Shown: positions 1 to 9,951 of the stretch, in pieces | How positions within the stretch are numbered: the first letter of the stretch is position 1 | How the letters are laid out: every line of letters begins with the position of its first letter | NCBI GenBank assembly: GCA_964453785.1 | Contig: CAYVRK010000010.1 | Span: 1,117-65,116 of the forward strand | Direction of reading: 5' to 3' | Source: an uncultured Bacteroides sp. | GTDB taxonomy: Bacteria; Bacteroidota; Bacteroidia; Bacteroidales; GCA-2748055 | Length of the DNA stretch: 64,000 nucleotides | Notes under the pieces: model-generated | The model's database searches: none | What the model saw: the letters and a program-made list of their open reading frames with translations, nothing else | Told to the model about the DNA's origin: nothing | Program-made: the position numbers and the translations under genes

Positions 1-2298
1 AAGGGCTATGAGCGTAAAAACATTCCAGCTGAACACCCTTGCCGAAGGCCACCAACAGCCAGGTTGTGAAAGATCCATAGGTATGATTTCGTGACTGAAG
101 GGTTCATTATAGTTTAGATTGATTTCAGCCAGCATTCTTTTTTCAATTCGTTCCTTTGCAGGCTCCCATCCATGCTTCTTGCCTGCAACATATGCACAAA
201 TTTCATTTCGCATCCAGCTTCCTCCGTTATAATATTGTCCATCAGGCCACATTTGGTCTGGTAAAAAAGGCTTGTTTTCCTCGGTAAAAAAAGTATCAGT
301 CACATGGCAGATAATGGGTGAACAATCGTTTATCACGGGAAATTTATTCAGCGTGTTGATCACCATTTCGGAGTCGAGAAGGGGAGTGTCCCACAACCAC
401 CATGACACAAATTCGGGCATCAGGTCGGTGAAGGAAACAACGTACGGAAAATTTCTGTCGGAAACGATGTACCCTTTTTCCCTGTCGTAAAAATTTCTGT
501 ATTCCTGTATTGCTTTATCAATATAATCCGGATCAATTTCGAATCCTAATTCTTTGGCAGCCATCAGGGTTACCGCATATACACCCTGGTTGACAGCAAG
601 GGTTGATGTTTTTTGTTCGTAGAACACGACATCGTTCTGGCTTAGAGAAAACTGTGAATCAACAACACCATCCCTGTCGGGATCAAATTCCTGAATGCAA
701 AACTCCAATGCCCGCTTCAAACGCAGCGTATCCAGGGATGAATGATACCTTCTTTTGTTAATCAGCCCCCACCAGATCCACTGGCAGGTGGCCTCATTAC
801 CCTTTTTCTCAATACTGCCCATGAATGGTGTAATGATCGTGCCGATCGCACCCCTGCTATCCTGAGTTCCTCCCCATTTTTTCCAGATTGATTCATTCAG
901 CTTTTTATCATATACAGAAACCACACTCCAGAATGAATCCCTGTTGTACATATCAGGAGCATAGTTGATGCTGGGTACATTGTGTGGGCTGAAGTCCTGC
1001 GGAGATGTGATCCAGGTAAGCATCATAAAATCGGCATACAATACTTTTTCGACATCAGATCCTTCCAACCCCAATCCTTCTGCCAGCCTTGTCTGACTTG
1101 CCAATCGGAGATCTCTTAAATCTTTGGCCTTCTGTACAAACGTAAAAACTGTTTTTGTCTGTTTTTCACCTATGGGCATTCGGTGATAGGGAATCTTTTT
1201 GGGAGTTACTTCTGTGATTTCAAAATCATGAATTGTAATATCTGATTTGCTTTCAATCAACAGCAGCGCGCTGCTTCCTTCCAGTCCCTGCAGCAAAGCC
1301 GATTCTTCAAATGTGAGCCATTCACCTGATGAGGCAGGAATGCCGGTTTTATAATGAAATCCAATTACTTCCTCTGTGTTATTCCTGGTTTTTAATAGTC
1401 TCAGGTTGAATGGTTGTTCTGATTTGTATTTAAATTTGATGGTATAAAACCCGTCGGAAGAGGTAAATGGTATTTTTATTCCTGAATTTACTTCCACTTT
1501 TATTTCTCCTCCGTAATGAGGGTATGCATCAGTGAGATATTTGTTATTCAGAACCGTAGGAATTCCGGCATTATAATCTGAACATTCACCGAAGGTTAAG
1601 CTAACATATTGATCATTTCGTGATCGATCTTCTTGATTTGCAATCCGGTAGAGGTTAACGTCGGCAATGGTTTGTACAGCTTTAAAACCCAGGTTGCCGG
1701 TCCTCTGATCGGCTGGACGTTTTCGTATGTTCCGGGTCCATTGGTTCCGGTATCCGGTATCTGTTAATAAACCGACAGCAATGGAATCGTCAAGAAAAAA
1801 GCCCGCGGCAGGATATACTTCCCGTATGGCCCCCCCCTGGTGATCCATGTGGTCAAAACTCCAGTAAGAAACATCCTTGTCATATGGGATTAATTTGTGT
1901 TCAAGCTGGTAAAATAACAATGGGATATTGTTTTGCTCCAGGCTGATTTCTTTCTTTATTAAATATTCATTTACAAGGGTATAGTCTACCTCAATGGAAA
2001 TGGTTGTCATCAGGTTTTCCAGATAATACCGCCCTGAGAGTTTAATTCCATCGCTGTTTTCTTCTGCTCTGGTTGCTTTCCAATTGTAAAGGGTATCAGA
2101 AATACTGCGGTCATCGTTTTCAATTATCAGGTTAAACTCACCATTTACTTTGTTTGTGGCCACTGTCTTGTTGCCATATCCTATCTCCACATCATACCCA
2201 TCTTCACCATTGCCTGATAATTGCAGGGATACATTTTGTGAAAACAACAAAGAGCGGGCAGTAAAAATGATCAATAAGAACAATATACCTTTTCTCAT
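1..2298 (-). CDS. Secreted protein, 3'-partial (runs off the left edge). The C-terminal half resembles an (alpha/alpha)6 six-hairpin glycoside-hydrolase-like domain; family unassigned.
   Basis: Absent from the supplied ORF track because no stop lies in the window. My own reverse-strand translation from the ATG at 2298..2296 stays open to base 1. It begins MRKGILFLLIIFTARSLLFSQ (signal peptide). Later motifs are YAPDMYNRDSFWSVV, GVYAVTLMAAKELGF and YYNGGSWMRNEICAY. It lies on the same strand, directly downstream of the SusC/SusD genes. Confidence 0.6.
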   Translation of the reverse strand, partial: MRKGILFLLIIFTARSLLFSQNVSLQLSGNGEDGYDVEIGYGNKTVATNKVNGEFNLIIENDDRSISDTLYNWKATRAEENSDGIKLSGRYYLENLMTTISIEVDYTLVNEYLIKKEISLEQNNIPLLFYQLEHKLIPYDKDVSYWSFDHMDHQGGAIREVYPAAGFFLDDSIAVGLLTDTGYRNQWTRNIRKRPADQRTGNLGFKAVQTIADVNLYRIANQEDRSRNDQYVSLTFGECSDYNAGIPTVLNNKYLTDAYPHYGGEIKVEVNSGIKIPFTSSDGFYTIKFKYKSEQPFNLRLLKTRNNTEEVIGFHYKTGIPASSGEWLTFEESALLQGLEGSSALLLIESKSDITIHDFEITEVTPKKIPYHRMPIGEKQTKTVFTFVQKAKDLRDLRLASQTRLAEGLGLEGSDVEKVLYADFMMLTWITSPQDFSPHNVPSINYAPDMYNRDSFWSVVSVYDKKLNESIWKKWGGTQDSRGAIGTIITPFMGSIEKKGNEATCQWIWWGLINKRRYHSSLDTLRLKRALEFCIQEFDPDRDGVVDSQFSLSQNDVVFYEQKTSTLAVNQGVYAVTLMAAKELGFEIDPDYIDKAIQEYRNFYDREKGYIVSDRNFPYVVSFTDLMPEFVSWWLWDTPLLDSEMVINTLNKFPVINDCSPIICHVTDTFFTEENKPFLPDQMWPDGQYYNGGSWMRNEICAYVAGKKHGWEPAKERIEKRMLAEINLNYNEPFSHEIIPMDLSQPGCWWPSARVFSWNVFTLIAL

Positions 2299-2337
2299 AA
2301 AAGTCTATTATAAAATGGAGAACAGCGATCACTGATT

Positions 2338-2376
2338 AAAAAAAGGGGAGGGATATTATATGTATCCCTTCCCCTT
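2338..2376 (-). terminator. Rho-independent terminator-like hairpin between the LamG lipoprotein gene and the downstream six-hairpin-like gene
   Basis: On the minus strand, GGGGAAGGGATA / TATCCCTCCCC form a roughly 11-bp stem with one bulge and a 7-nt loop. A run of 7 T (A-run 2338-2344 on the plus strand) follows directly. Confidence 0.6.
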
Positions 2377-2394
2377 ATAATATTCTTTTACTGG

Positions 2395-3456
2395 TTATTG
2401 GACTTCAGCATTTTCTAAGGTATATATCGAAAGTGCTTCAGCATCTGTTAAAGCTTTGTTGTAAAGGCGCAGGTCATCCATAGAGCCTTTGAAGAATCCA
2501 TCGGTTGCACCTTCCTCCTCAACCATGTAATCTGAAGTTGGAAGTTGTTGACCGATACAAAGATTTTTGGTTACCTGCATTAAATCACCGGTAACACCTC
2601 TGTCATTAATTTCCCTTACCTTCATACCATTAGCGAAGAATGTGATTACTCCCTCGGCAGCATAGGAACAAACAACGTGTGTCCATACATTTTCATTAAC
2701 TGTATATGGGTTACTATCGTCATCACAAACAAACTCCCATGTATCAGGATCAGTTTGTTTTCTAATGGTATAATAAAGCTTGTCTTCCGATTGCAGGTTT
2801 AGTTTATAACCGATCCAACGATCCAAAGAAATAATATAATCATTGTTATCCTGGCTTTCCATCTTAATCCAGACACTCACGCTTAATTCTTGATCAGGAT
2901 TTAGTTGTGAGCTATAAGGTACCTCAATATTTGCACCTTTATCAAAGTAGTAAGCGTAGCCTGCATTTCCAAATCTGTCAGCAGTTAAAACTGGCAGTAC
3001 GGGACTGCCTGCAGTATAGAAATTCGCATGGCCTGACTTTAATTCTCCATCATGACCATTACCTGAATTATCGGTTGCATCGCCATTAAACAGCCATTGT
3101 GCAATCAGATATTCGGCACTTACCGGCTGTATTTCCCTGTTCATAAATACATCCATAGCGGTGTTTAGCTGCGTAATCATTGCAGCTACGGTTCCTTCGG
3201 TAGTGTACAGGTCGTCAAGAACAGTTTTAGCTGCATCAATTACAATTTTGAAATCAGCTTTTGCACCAGAAGCGTACTGACCTGCATTGGTTCCTTCTAC
3301 AGCACCATCATGCAATGCAAGGGCTTCGTCATAGAGTGCCTGTAATTCAGTTTTGTCTACATTGGTAGGCTCGGGTTCATCGTCTTTTTTACAACTTGTA
3401 ACAATGGCTGCAGCAATAATGATCGCAGCAACCGAAAATTTTAACAAATTTTTCAT
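2395..3456 (-). CDS. PUL-encoded surface lipoprotein with an N-terminal FIVAR-like helical region and a C-terminal LamG/concanavalin-A-like lectin domain (SusE/F-position glycan-binding candidate)
   Basis: Signal peptide with lipobox (AAIVTSC). Helical segment KTELQALYDEALALHDG...ITQLNTAMDVF. LamG_3-like motifs LIAQWLFNGDATDNSGNGHDGEL and FKGSMDDLRLYNKALTDAE. It lies immediately downstream of susD-like. Confidence 0.75.
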   Translation of the reverse strand: MKNLLKFSVAAIIIAAAIVTSCKKDDEPEPTNVDKTELQALYDEALALHDGAVEGTNAGQYASGAKADFKIVIDAAKTVLDDLYTTEGTVAAMITQLNTAMDVFMNREIQPVSAEYLIAQWLFNGDATDNSGNGHDGELKSGHANFYTAGSPVLPVLTADRFGNAGYAYYFDKGANIEVPYSSQLNPDQELSVSVWIKMESQDNNDYIISLDRWIGYKLNLQSEDKLYYTIRKQTDPDTWEFVCDDDSNPYTVNENVWTHVVCSYAAEGVITFFANGMKVREINDRGVTGDLMQVTKNLCIGQQLPTSDYMVEEEGATDGFFKGSMDDLRLYNKALTDAEALSIYTLENAEVQ

Positions 3457-3513
3457 GGTTTCACTTTTTTAGATTAATAATGAATGTGTTTTTCACGCTG
3501 TATAATTTTAGTT

Positions 3514-5061
3514 TTACTGATAATTTCTTAGTTCATAATTTGTATCAAGCTCTCTCTGAGGGTAAGGTAGATATCTGTTTTGCTGATAGTTGAAGTGATC
3601 TACGTCTTTAAAAACCTTGTTGGCGTATTGTTCTCCGTATCTCATGATATCAAAATACCGGTGGAACTCAAAGCCTAATTCGGTTCGGCGTTCGTGACGT
3701 ATGATATCTCTGAGTGAATTTTGGTCAGTTTCTGAAATATCTTCCAACAAGCCTGAAGGAATTGTCGGATAATTTGTCAGGTTCTCATCTACCTGGAAAC
3801 ATCCCCTGGCTCTTTCTCTGATCTGATTTAAATACCCAAGCGCCAGTGCCGGCATTGCGTCTTCGTTATAAGCCTCGGCAATCCAAAGCAGTACATCTGC
3901 ATAGCGAATGGCTGTGTAATTCAGGTCGCCGTCACCCTTAATATTTCCCGGAATTTCTGAAATAGGCTGTAGGCATTTTTTTGCGACGTAACCCGTTTCT
4001 GTCCACCCGCTGCTGTAAGTGATTGTGTCGTCTATCCATGGCAGTTGAGCGTTTTCCCGCCCCAAGGTATAGTCAAGCCTTGGATCGGCATAATCTGTTC
4101 CCTCGATATTTACTGTCTCAAACTCATCAACAAAATTCTGGGTGGGCAGATTAAAGTAATAACCTTCGCCCATTCCGTAGTCAGCAGGTGGAGCAAACGC
4201 CTGGTTCAGAAGATTTCCTGAATTCGGATTTTGGTGGCTTAAATGTTGAACTTCAAATACCGACTCTGCATTGTTTTCAAAGGCTACATTGAAGTTGTGC
4301 TGGTAATTTGACATCAACATATATGTAAAAGGAGGCTGGGTAAGAAGTACAGCCGTTTCGTGTGCTTCTTTCCACTTTCCCTGGTACAGGTAACTTTTTG
4401 CCAAAAGTGCGATAGCTGCACCTTTTGTTGCTCTGCCAACTTCTGCCGGAGGGTAAGAAACCGGCAATACCTTTTGTGCATCATCGCAATCCTTTTCGAT
4501 TTGTGCATAGATCTCACCAACTGTTGAAGGAGCAATTTGCAGTTCACTGGCGATTTTGGGTTCCAACACAACGGGCGCATCACCGTAAATATTAACCAGA
4601 TAGAAATAATAATAAGCACGTAGAAATTTTGCTTCAGCTATTATCCTGTTTTTCAATTCATTATCTATAATTGTGGCGCTCATGGCCCCAACATTCAGGA
4701 TGGTATAGTTGCAACGGGTTATCCCTTCGTAATAGTTCGCCCAAAGCGTTGCAACAACACCATTGTTGGTGTTTTCTGTAAAATTGTCAATATCAGCGGC
4801 ATCGGCTTTATCGCCTGCATCTCCCCCTTTTATGGCATCATCTGATCTGGTATCCCCCACTACCCATATTTCGGCTCCATCCGTAGCAAATGACAGGGGC
4901 CGGTAAGCAGCATTTACAGCCAGAATTGCATTTTCCTTCGACACGAAAAAAGTTTCCGTCGTATAACTTCCTTTTAGATCTGTATCTAAAATGTCTTCAC
5001 ATGAGTATAAAAAGAAACCCAAAAGGATAATTATCAATGTTTTATACATCGTTGTTTTCAT
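3514..5061 (-). CDS. SusD/RagB-family nutrient-binding outer-membrane lipoprotein
   Basis: 515 aa with lipobox LYSC. Typical SusD features are RAYYYFYLVNIYGDAPV, TPR-like helices and the C-terminal RHERRTELGFEFHRYFDIMRYG. It starts 13 bp downstream of the SusC-like gene. Confidence 0.9.
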   Translation of the reverse strand: MKTTMYKTLIIILLGFFLYSCEDILDTDLKGSYTTETFFVSKENAILAVNAAYRPLSFATDGAEIWVVGDTRSDDAIKGGDAGDKADAADIDNFTENTNNGVVATLWANYYEGITRCNYTILNVGAMSATIIDNELKNRIIAEAKFLRAYYYFYLVNIYGDAPVVLEPKIASELQIAPSTVGEIYAQIEKDCDDAQKVLPVSYPPAEVGRATKGAAIALLAKSYLYQGKWKEAHETAVLLTQPPFTYMLMSNYQHNFNVAFENNAESVFEVQHLSHQNPNSGNLLNQAFAPPADYGMGEGYYFNLPTQNFVDEFETVNIEGTDYADPRLDYTLGRENAQLPWIDDTITYSSGWTETGYVAKKCLQPISEIPGNIKGDGDLNYTAIRYADVLLWIAEAYNEDAMPALALGYLNQIRERARGCFQVDENLTNYPTIPSGLLEDISETDQNSLRDIIRHERRTELGFEFHRYFDIMRYGEQYANKVFKDVDHFNYQQNRYLPYPQRELDTNYELRNYQ

Positions 5062-5074
5062 GGTAGAAATGTTT

Positions 5075-8000
5075 TTAAAAAGTTAGGTTCAGCCCTATCA
5101 GGTAGGTTTTTGAAGAAGGGTATGTACCCCAGTCTATACCTACTGCTCTGTCTCCTTCTGCTGCGGAATTTTCGCTGGTTTGCATCTCCGGATCTAAACC
5201 GGAAAATTTGGTGTAGGTGAACAAATTCTGTGCGCTCACATAAATTCTTAATTGTTCTACCCTGACTTTTTTGCCTGAGCTGAAAGGAATGGTGTAGCCA
5301 ATTTGTATGTTTTTAAGTCTTACATATGAGCCATCTTCGATAAAGCGGGTCGAAGGCCGATTGTTGTTGGTAGCTCCGCCCCATGCGGCGCGCGGAACTT
5401 CATTACTCGGGTTTTCAGTCGTCCAGTGATTTTCGTAAAAACGTTCTGTTACAGGGAATGCTCTGTAGAATCCTTCAATGTCTTTGTTTATTTGCATGTA
5501 GACTTTGTTTCCCTGTACACCCTGGAAGAAGGCTGAGAAGTCGAAATTTTTATATGCAAGATTGACGGTTAATCCATAGGTAAAATCAGGGATGGCACTT
5601 CCTGCATATACCCGGTCAAAAGCATCAATTGTACCGTCGGGGACTCCGTCAGGACCACTCATGTCTTTGTATTTTACATCGCCGGGCTTAATATTTGGCC
5701 CCTGGTATGCATGCGTTAATATTTCAGTGGTGGATTGGAATATGCCATCCATCTGGTACACATAGAAAGTTCCTATGGCCTCCCCGACTCCGGTTACCGT
5801 AACAAAAGTGTTGTTATCCACTTCGCCACCTATAATCGGCTTTGCATCCTCACCGCTCAGTGAGAGCACCTTGTTGTTTACTTTCGCAAAATTTCCGCTT
5901 ATTTCATAGCTGAAATCTCCGGCGTGATTCTGATAACCAAGCTCAAGCTCAAATCCCTTGTTTTCAACACTGCCGGCATTTACCCAGGGGTAGGATGCCG
6001 AACCACCGATGGAGGGGGCAGGATAAGGAATAAGCATGTCGCTTGTTACTTTGTAGAAATAATCAGCATTGAAGATCAGTTTGTTTTGAAACATTCTTAA
6101 GTCAATACCAAAATCCATTTGTTTGGTGGTTTCCCACTTTACCTCATCGTTGCCCTGGGTGCTAATGGCATATCCATGTTGTTCCCTTTGCGCCAGTCCG
6201 CCAAAAGGATAATCGTAACCACCGCTAATGATCGTTGCCCATGGATAATCACCAATTTCCTGATTACCAAGCTTACCATATGAACCTCTGATCTTCAGCA
6301 AGCTGATATTGGCTTTTTCAACAAAGTTGGCCAGAAAAGGCTCCTTGTCTAAGCGCCAAGCTGCTGACCCTGAATAGAATATGCCATACCGGTTCTTTGC
6401 TGAAAATCTTGATGAGCCATCTCTGCGAATGGTTAAGGTCATCAGGTATTTATCGTTGAAAATATATTCCAGATTGGCAAAATAGGAGGTCAGAGCCCAT
6501 TCCCAGGCATTTCCATAGCTTGTTTGTTCTCCAATTCCGGCATCCAGATAGCGAAAGTATATGCTTTGCTGGGGATAGTTTTGCCGGCTGCCTCCGTGCT
6601 CTTCAGTCATATCTTTAATGATTTCGGAACCCAAAAGGACTCGCAGGTAATGCAGTTCATGAAAGGTTTTGGTGTATTCCAGCACATTGTTTGTGGTGAG
6701 GGCTGTATTTATTGCGGTTGAATGCGTAGCACTGCCAGGAGCATCAATACCCCTGTCGCCCCATTCTTCGTAGAATTTTTTTCGGTCTTTTATATTCAGA
6801 TTGACGCCATTGTTGGACCTGAAAACAAGACCCTTTAATATTTTTATTTCAAGAAGCACATTGTTGAGGGAAATATATCTGCGCTCTTTGTCATCGAAAT
6901 GATTTGCAAGTCCAACGGGGTTGTATCCATCTCCCAGGAATTTTGGATTTTGAGGCAAATCAACATATTCGCCATTCTCCTTATAGATCGGTGTCCCGGG
7001 AGTTCTGAAAAATGCATATCGAACAACACTTCCTTTGTCGCTGGAAGCTCCATCACCCGAATTGGAAATGATATTTCTCTTGGTAGATGCAAAGTTTGTA
7101 TTGATATTGATCCGAAACCAATCGGATAAATTTGAATTCACATTTGCTTTGAAGGAATACCTTTTATAGAACGAATTAAGGATGATGCCATCCTGATTGA
7201 AATAATCACCCGAAATCAGGTATTGTGATTTTTTATCGCCGCCGGAGATGCTAACCTGGTGACTTTGAACCGGAGCCATTTGGAATATTGATTCCATATG
7301 GTCAACATCGGCAAAAGTCGCCGCTATTTCAGGAGAAATTATATCTCTGTCATCTGCCCTTGCAGCCTCGTTGTATATATCTATGTACTCAGCTGTATTC
7401 ACCATGGGGGTGAGTTTCCCGTGTTTCTGTACCCCATAGTACCCATTGTAGGTTACGGTTTGTTTTCCTGATGCCCCTTTTTTGGTGGTAATCACCACCA
7501 CTCCGTTAGCCGAACGCGAACCATAAATAGCTGCCGATGCGGCATCTTTCAGGATCGAAATGGATTCGATATCGGAAGGAGAAATAACATTTAAGGCACC
7601 TTTTGTGGGTATTCCATCGATCACATAAAGAGGATCATTGTTTCCTATGGTTCCAACCCCTCTGATTCTAATGGACACATCATCTCCCGGAGCACCGGTC
7701 GCCTGGTTTACCCTTACTCCGGATACCTTGCCGGCCAATGAACGATCAACACCAACCACAGGCATTTTTGAAAGTTCTGAAGCTTTAACTGTCGAAATTG
7801 CCCCGGTTATATTGCTTTTGCGTACCGTTGAGTACCCGGTTACTACCACCTCCTCCAATTGTTCCAAATCAGGCATCAGTTGAACCTCAATATTCGTCAG
7901 AAGGCCCGTTTCAATTTCTTTGGGTATATATCCTATAAAAGAGACTGAAAGTTTGTTTCCCTCTGAAATGCTTATGGAAAACTTTCCTTCAATATCAGTT

Positions 8001-8167
8001 GTTGTTCCTATTACAGTTCCTGAAATGATGATTGTTGCGCCAGGCAAAACCTCACCAGTAGCAGCATCAGTCACAGTACCTGTAATTACCCTTTCCTGTG
8101 CATACAAATGCACGACAAAAAGGAGTCCGATGAAGGACATGAGAAGTATTCTTGCAGTTTTTTTCAT
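5075..8167 (-). CDS. SusC/RagA-family TonB-dependent outer-membrane transporter
   Basis: 1030 aa. It has an N-terminal carboxypeptidase-regulatory-like domain (VITGTVTDAATGEVLPGATIIISGT) and a plug (DPLYVIDGIP, ESISILKDAASAAIYGSRSANGVVVITTKKG). The beta-barrel ends in ...YLIGLNLTF. It is paired with SusD. Confidence 0.92.
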   Translation of the reverse strand: MKKTARILLMSFIGLLFVVHLYAQERVITGTVTDAATGEVLPGATIIISGTVIGTTTDIEGKFSISISEGNKLSVSFIGYIPKEIETGLLTNIEVQLMPDLEQLEEVVVTGYSTVRKSNITGAISTVKASELSKMPVVGVDRSLAGKVSGVRVNQATGAPGDDVSIRIRGVGTIGNNDPLYVIDGIPTKGALNVISPSDIESISILKDAASAAIYGSRSANGVVVITTKKGASGKQTVTYNGYYGVQKHGKLTPMVNTAEYIDIYNEAARADDRDIISPEIAATFADVDHMESIFQMAPVQSHQVSISGGDKKSQYLISGDYFNQDGIILNSFYKRYSFKANVNSNLSDWFRININTNFASTKRNIISNSGDGASSDKGSVVRYAFFRTPGTPIYKENGEYVDLPQNPKFLGDGYNPVGLANHFDDKERRYISLNNVLLEIKILKGLVFRSNNGVNLNIKDRKKFYEEWGDRGIDAPGSATHSTAINTALTTNNVLEYTKTFHELHYLRVLLGSEIIKDMTEEHGGSRQNYPQQSIYFRYLDAGIGEQTSYGNAWEWALTSYFANLEYIFNDKYLMTLTIRRDGSSRFSAKNRYGIFYSGSAAWRLDKEPFLANFVEKANISLLKIRGSYGKLGNQEIGDYPWATIISGGYDYPFGGLAQREQHGYAISTQGNDEVKWETTKQMDFGIDLRMFQNKLIFNADYFYKVTSDMLIPYPAPSIGGSASYPWVNAGSVENKGFELELGYQNHAGDFSYEISGNFAKVNNKVLSLSGEDAKPIIGGEVDNNTFVTVTGVGEAIGTFYVYQMDGIFQSTTEILTHAYQGPNIKPGDVKYKDMSGPDGVPDGTIDAFDRVYAGSAIPDFTYGLTVNLAYKNFDFSAFFQGVQGNKVYMQINKDIEGFYRAFPVTERFYENHWTTENPSNEVPRAAWGGATNNNRPSTRFIEDGSYVRLKNIQIGYTIPFSSGKKVRVEQLRIYVSAQNLFTYTKFSGLDPEMQTSENSAAEGDRAVGIDWGTYPSSKTYLIGLNLTF

Positions 8168-8223
8168 TTGGTATACAGATTTAAAATTTTAGTCATTCAG
8201 TTAAATCTTATTGCGCTGCTGTC

Positions 8224-9945
8224 TTATTGGTATGCTACCACAATCTTGTTTACAGTCGTTTTATTGCCCATCTTTTCAAGCATGCTTCCAGCCGGAAATG
8301 CTACAATAAGCATGGTCTTGTCAGCAGGCAGAGTAAATTGTCCCGAATCTATGATGCTTTGGGCCACGAGCTTATGACCAATGGCATCGTAAAGATCTAC
8401 CGGATCACCATCGTTGAAGTATTCGATAACCCTCTCCTCTCCAAATGGATTAAAGTACAGGTAGGTTGGGTAGGCCGGGTTGCGGTAAAAGTCAGTAGCC
8501 AGACAATTTAATTGTAGTATCTTCTCCACATTGGTTTCGCGAATAATCGATCCGAAAATTCCAACATGAGCTGATCCATATATACTGAACATGGAAAGTG
8601 CCGGCTCTCCAACAACCCAGTTTGGACCATCTCCCAATGCGACTGGTGAGATACCTATAAGGCTTTCCTTTTTATAGGCATCCGTTTTCTTTAACCCCTC
8701 GTAGGCAATAACATTTCTCGTAATGGCCTTCTCTTCCGGCAGCCATTGATTCTTATCCGGAATTTCATAGGGGTAAAAAAGGCGGGCAGCATTGGCAACA
8801 TTCAACATCCATTTGCCAATAATTTCAGCATATTCAGGCTCATAACGGACCATGGCTACAAGAGGCCAGGCCATGTCAAAGGTATTCATCAGAAATCCGT
8901 AACCTCCTTCCTGAATGATATTGCCTTGTATTCCACTTACATCATACGCTCCCCAATGGTCATTTATAATTCCCCATCCATAACGTCCCTCCGGGTTTGT
9001 GCAACCATCGAACGTCCAATCCAGAATTGTCGAAATATCATATTTTGTCCCCTTTTCTGCATTTAATCTCGCTGCCGTATAGGCGCCAAATGGCATCAGC
9101 ACTTCATAGAAACGACTCTCGCTTTGGCTGTACAGCGCATCCAGAGCTGAAATTGCTCCCTCTAAATACCTTTCATCTCCAAATTTTTGATAGGCAGCGT
9201 ACAAGACCCAGGCATGACCTGCGGCTGCATCCTGCTGGTAGGGAATCTGGTTGATCTTTCCTTCCATCAGGGAATAGTCAAAATAGGAGTAATCGTAATT
9301 CCCGTCCATTACTGAATCGGCTTTATAAAACTGGTCGGCGACTATTCTTTGGAGGCTGTCAGCCCTTTCAACGTCAGGAAAGAGGTCGGAAACCGCATAA
9401 TACAATACATTGGGAAAAACATCATACCACCAATCCCGGCCATATCCCCCACCCTGCATAGCCACTTCCGCTGAAGTATTGTTCATCATGATATTCCAAC
9501 CATTTTCTCTGTTGAAATAATTCTGAATCATAAGCGGATAGTTGTAGCCTTGCTGATTGGTTTTATCGATCCCAACCAAACCGGCACTCAACAAGGCTCC
9601 CATGGAATTAATGGCTTCATGGAATTCACCGTTGTTTACGTCAGGCCCCTGTCGAATATCTCCTATCACCGTATATAAGCCGAATGTCTCCTGGGGGAAA
9701 TTTCTTTTTGCATTGTCGATCCAGATGAGTGCTTCTCCTTGATTATCTGGCTTATAGTCAAAAACGATATCGTCGAAATTCTTCGCCTTTTCGCACCAGT
9801 CGAGGATTTTGTATGGGGTGGGATCCAAAGGCATTTTTGATACCTTCTCCAATTCCAGCTGTTTAATTTCCAGCCGGTTGGAATTGCATGACGGAACTGC
9901 TGTCAGAGCAAATAAGGCAACTATATAAATCAGTTTTTTCATCAT
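8224..9945 (-). CDS. PUL-encoded lipoprotein of unassigned family, possibly a six-hairpin-type glycoside hydrolase
   Basis: 573 aa with lipobox (LTAVPSC). Helix-pair style motifs are AAAGHAWVLYAAYQKFGDERYLEGAISALDAL and MAWPLVAMVRYEPEYAEIIGKWM. It sits between SusC and the MFS/GH130 genes. I do not recognise a named CAZy family. Confidence 0.55.
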   Translation of the reverse strand: MMKKLIYIVALFALTAVPSCNSNRLEIKQLELEKVSKMPLDPTPYKILDWCEKAKNFDDIVFDYKPDNQGEALIWIDNAKRNFPQETFGLYTVIGDIRQGPDVNNGEFHEAINSMGALLSAGLVGIDKTNQQGYNYPLMIQNYFNRENGWNIMMNNTSAEVAMQGGGYGRDWWYDVFPNVLYYAVSDLFPDVERADSLQRIVADQFYKADSVMDGNYDYSYFDYSLMEGKINQIPYQQDAAAGHAWVLYAAYQKFGDERYLEGAISALDALYSQSESRFYEVLMPFGAYTAARLNAEKGTKYDISTILDWTFDGCTNPEGRYGWGIINDHWGAYDVSGIQGNIIQEGGYGFLMNTFDMAWPLVAMVRYEPEYAEIIGKWMLNVANAARLFYPYEIPDKNQWLPEEKAITRNVIAYEGLKKTDAYKKESLIGISPVALGDGPNWVVGEPALSMFSIYGSAHVGIFGSIIRETNVEKILQLNCLATDFYRNPAYPTYLYFNPFGEERVIEYFNDGDPVDLYDAIGHKLVAQSIIDSGQFTLPADKTMLIVAFPAGSMLEKMGNKTTVNKIVVAYQ

Positions 9946-9951
9946 TGTTTT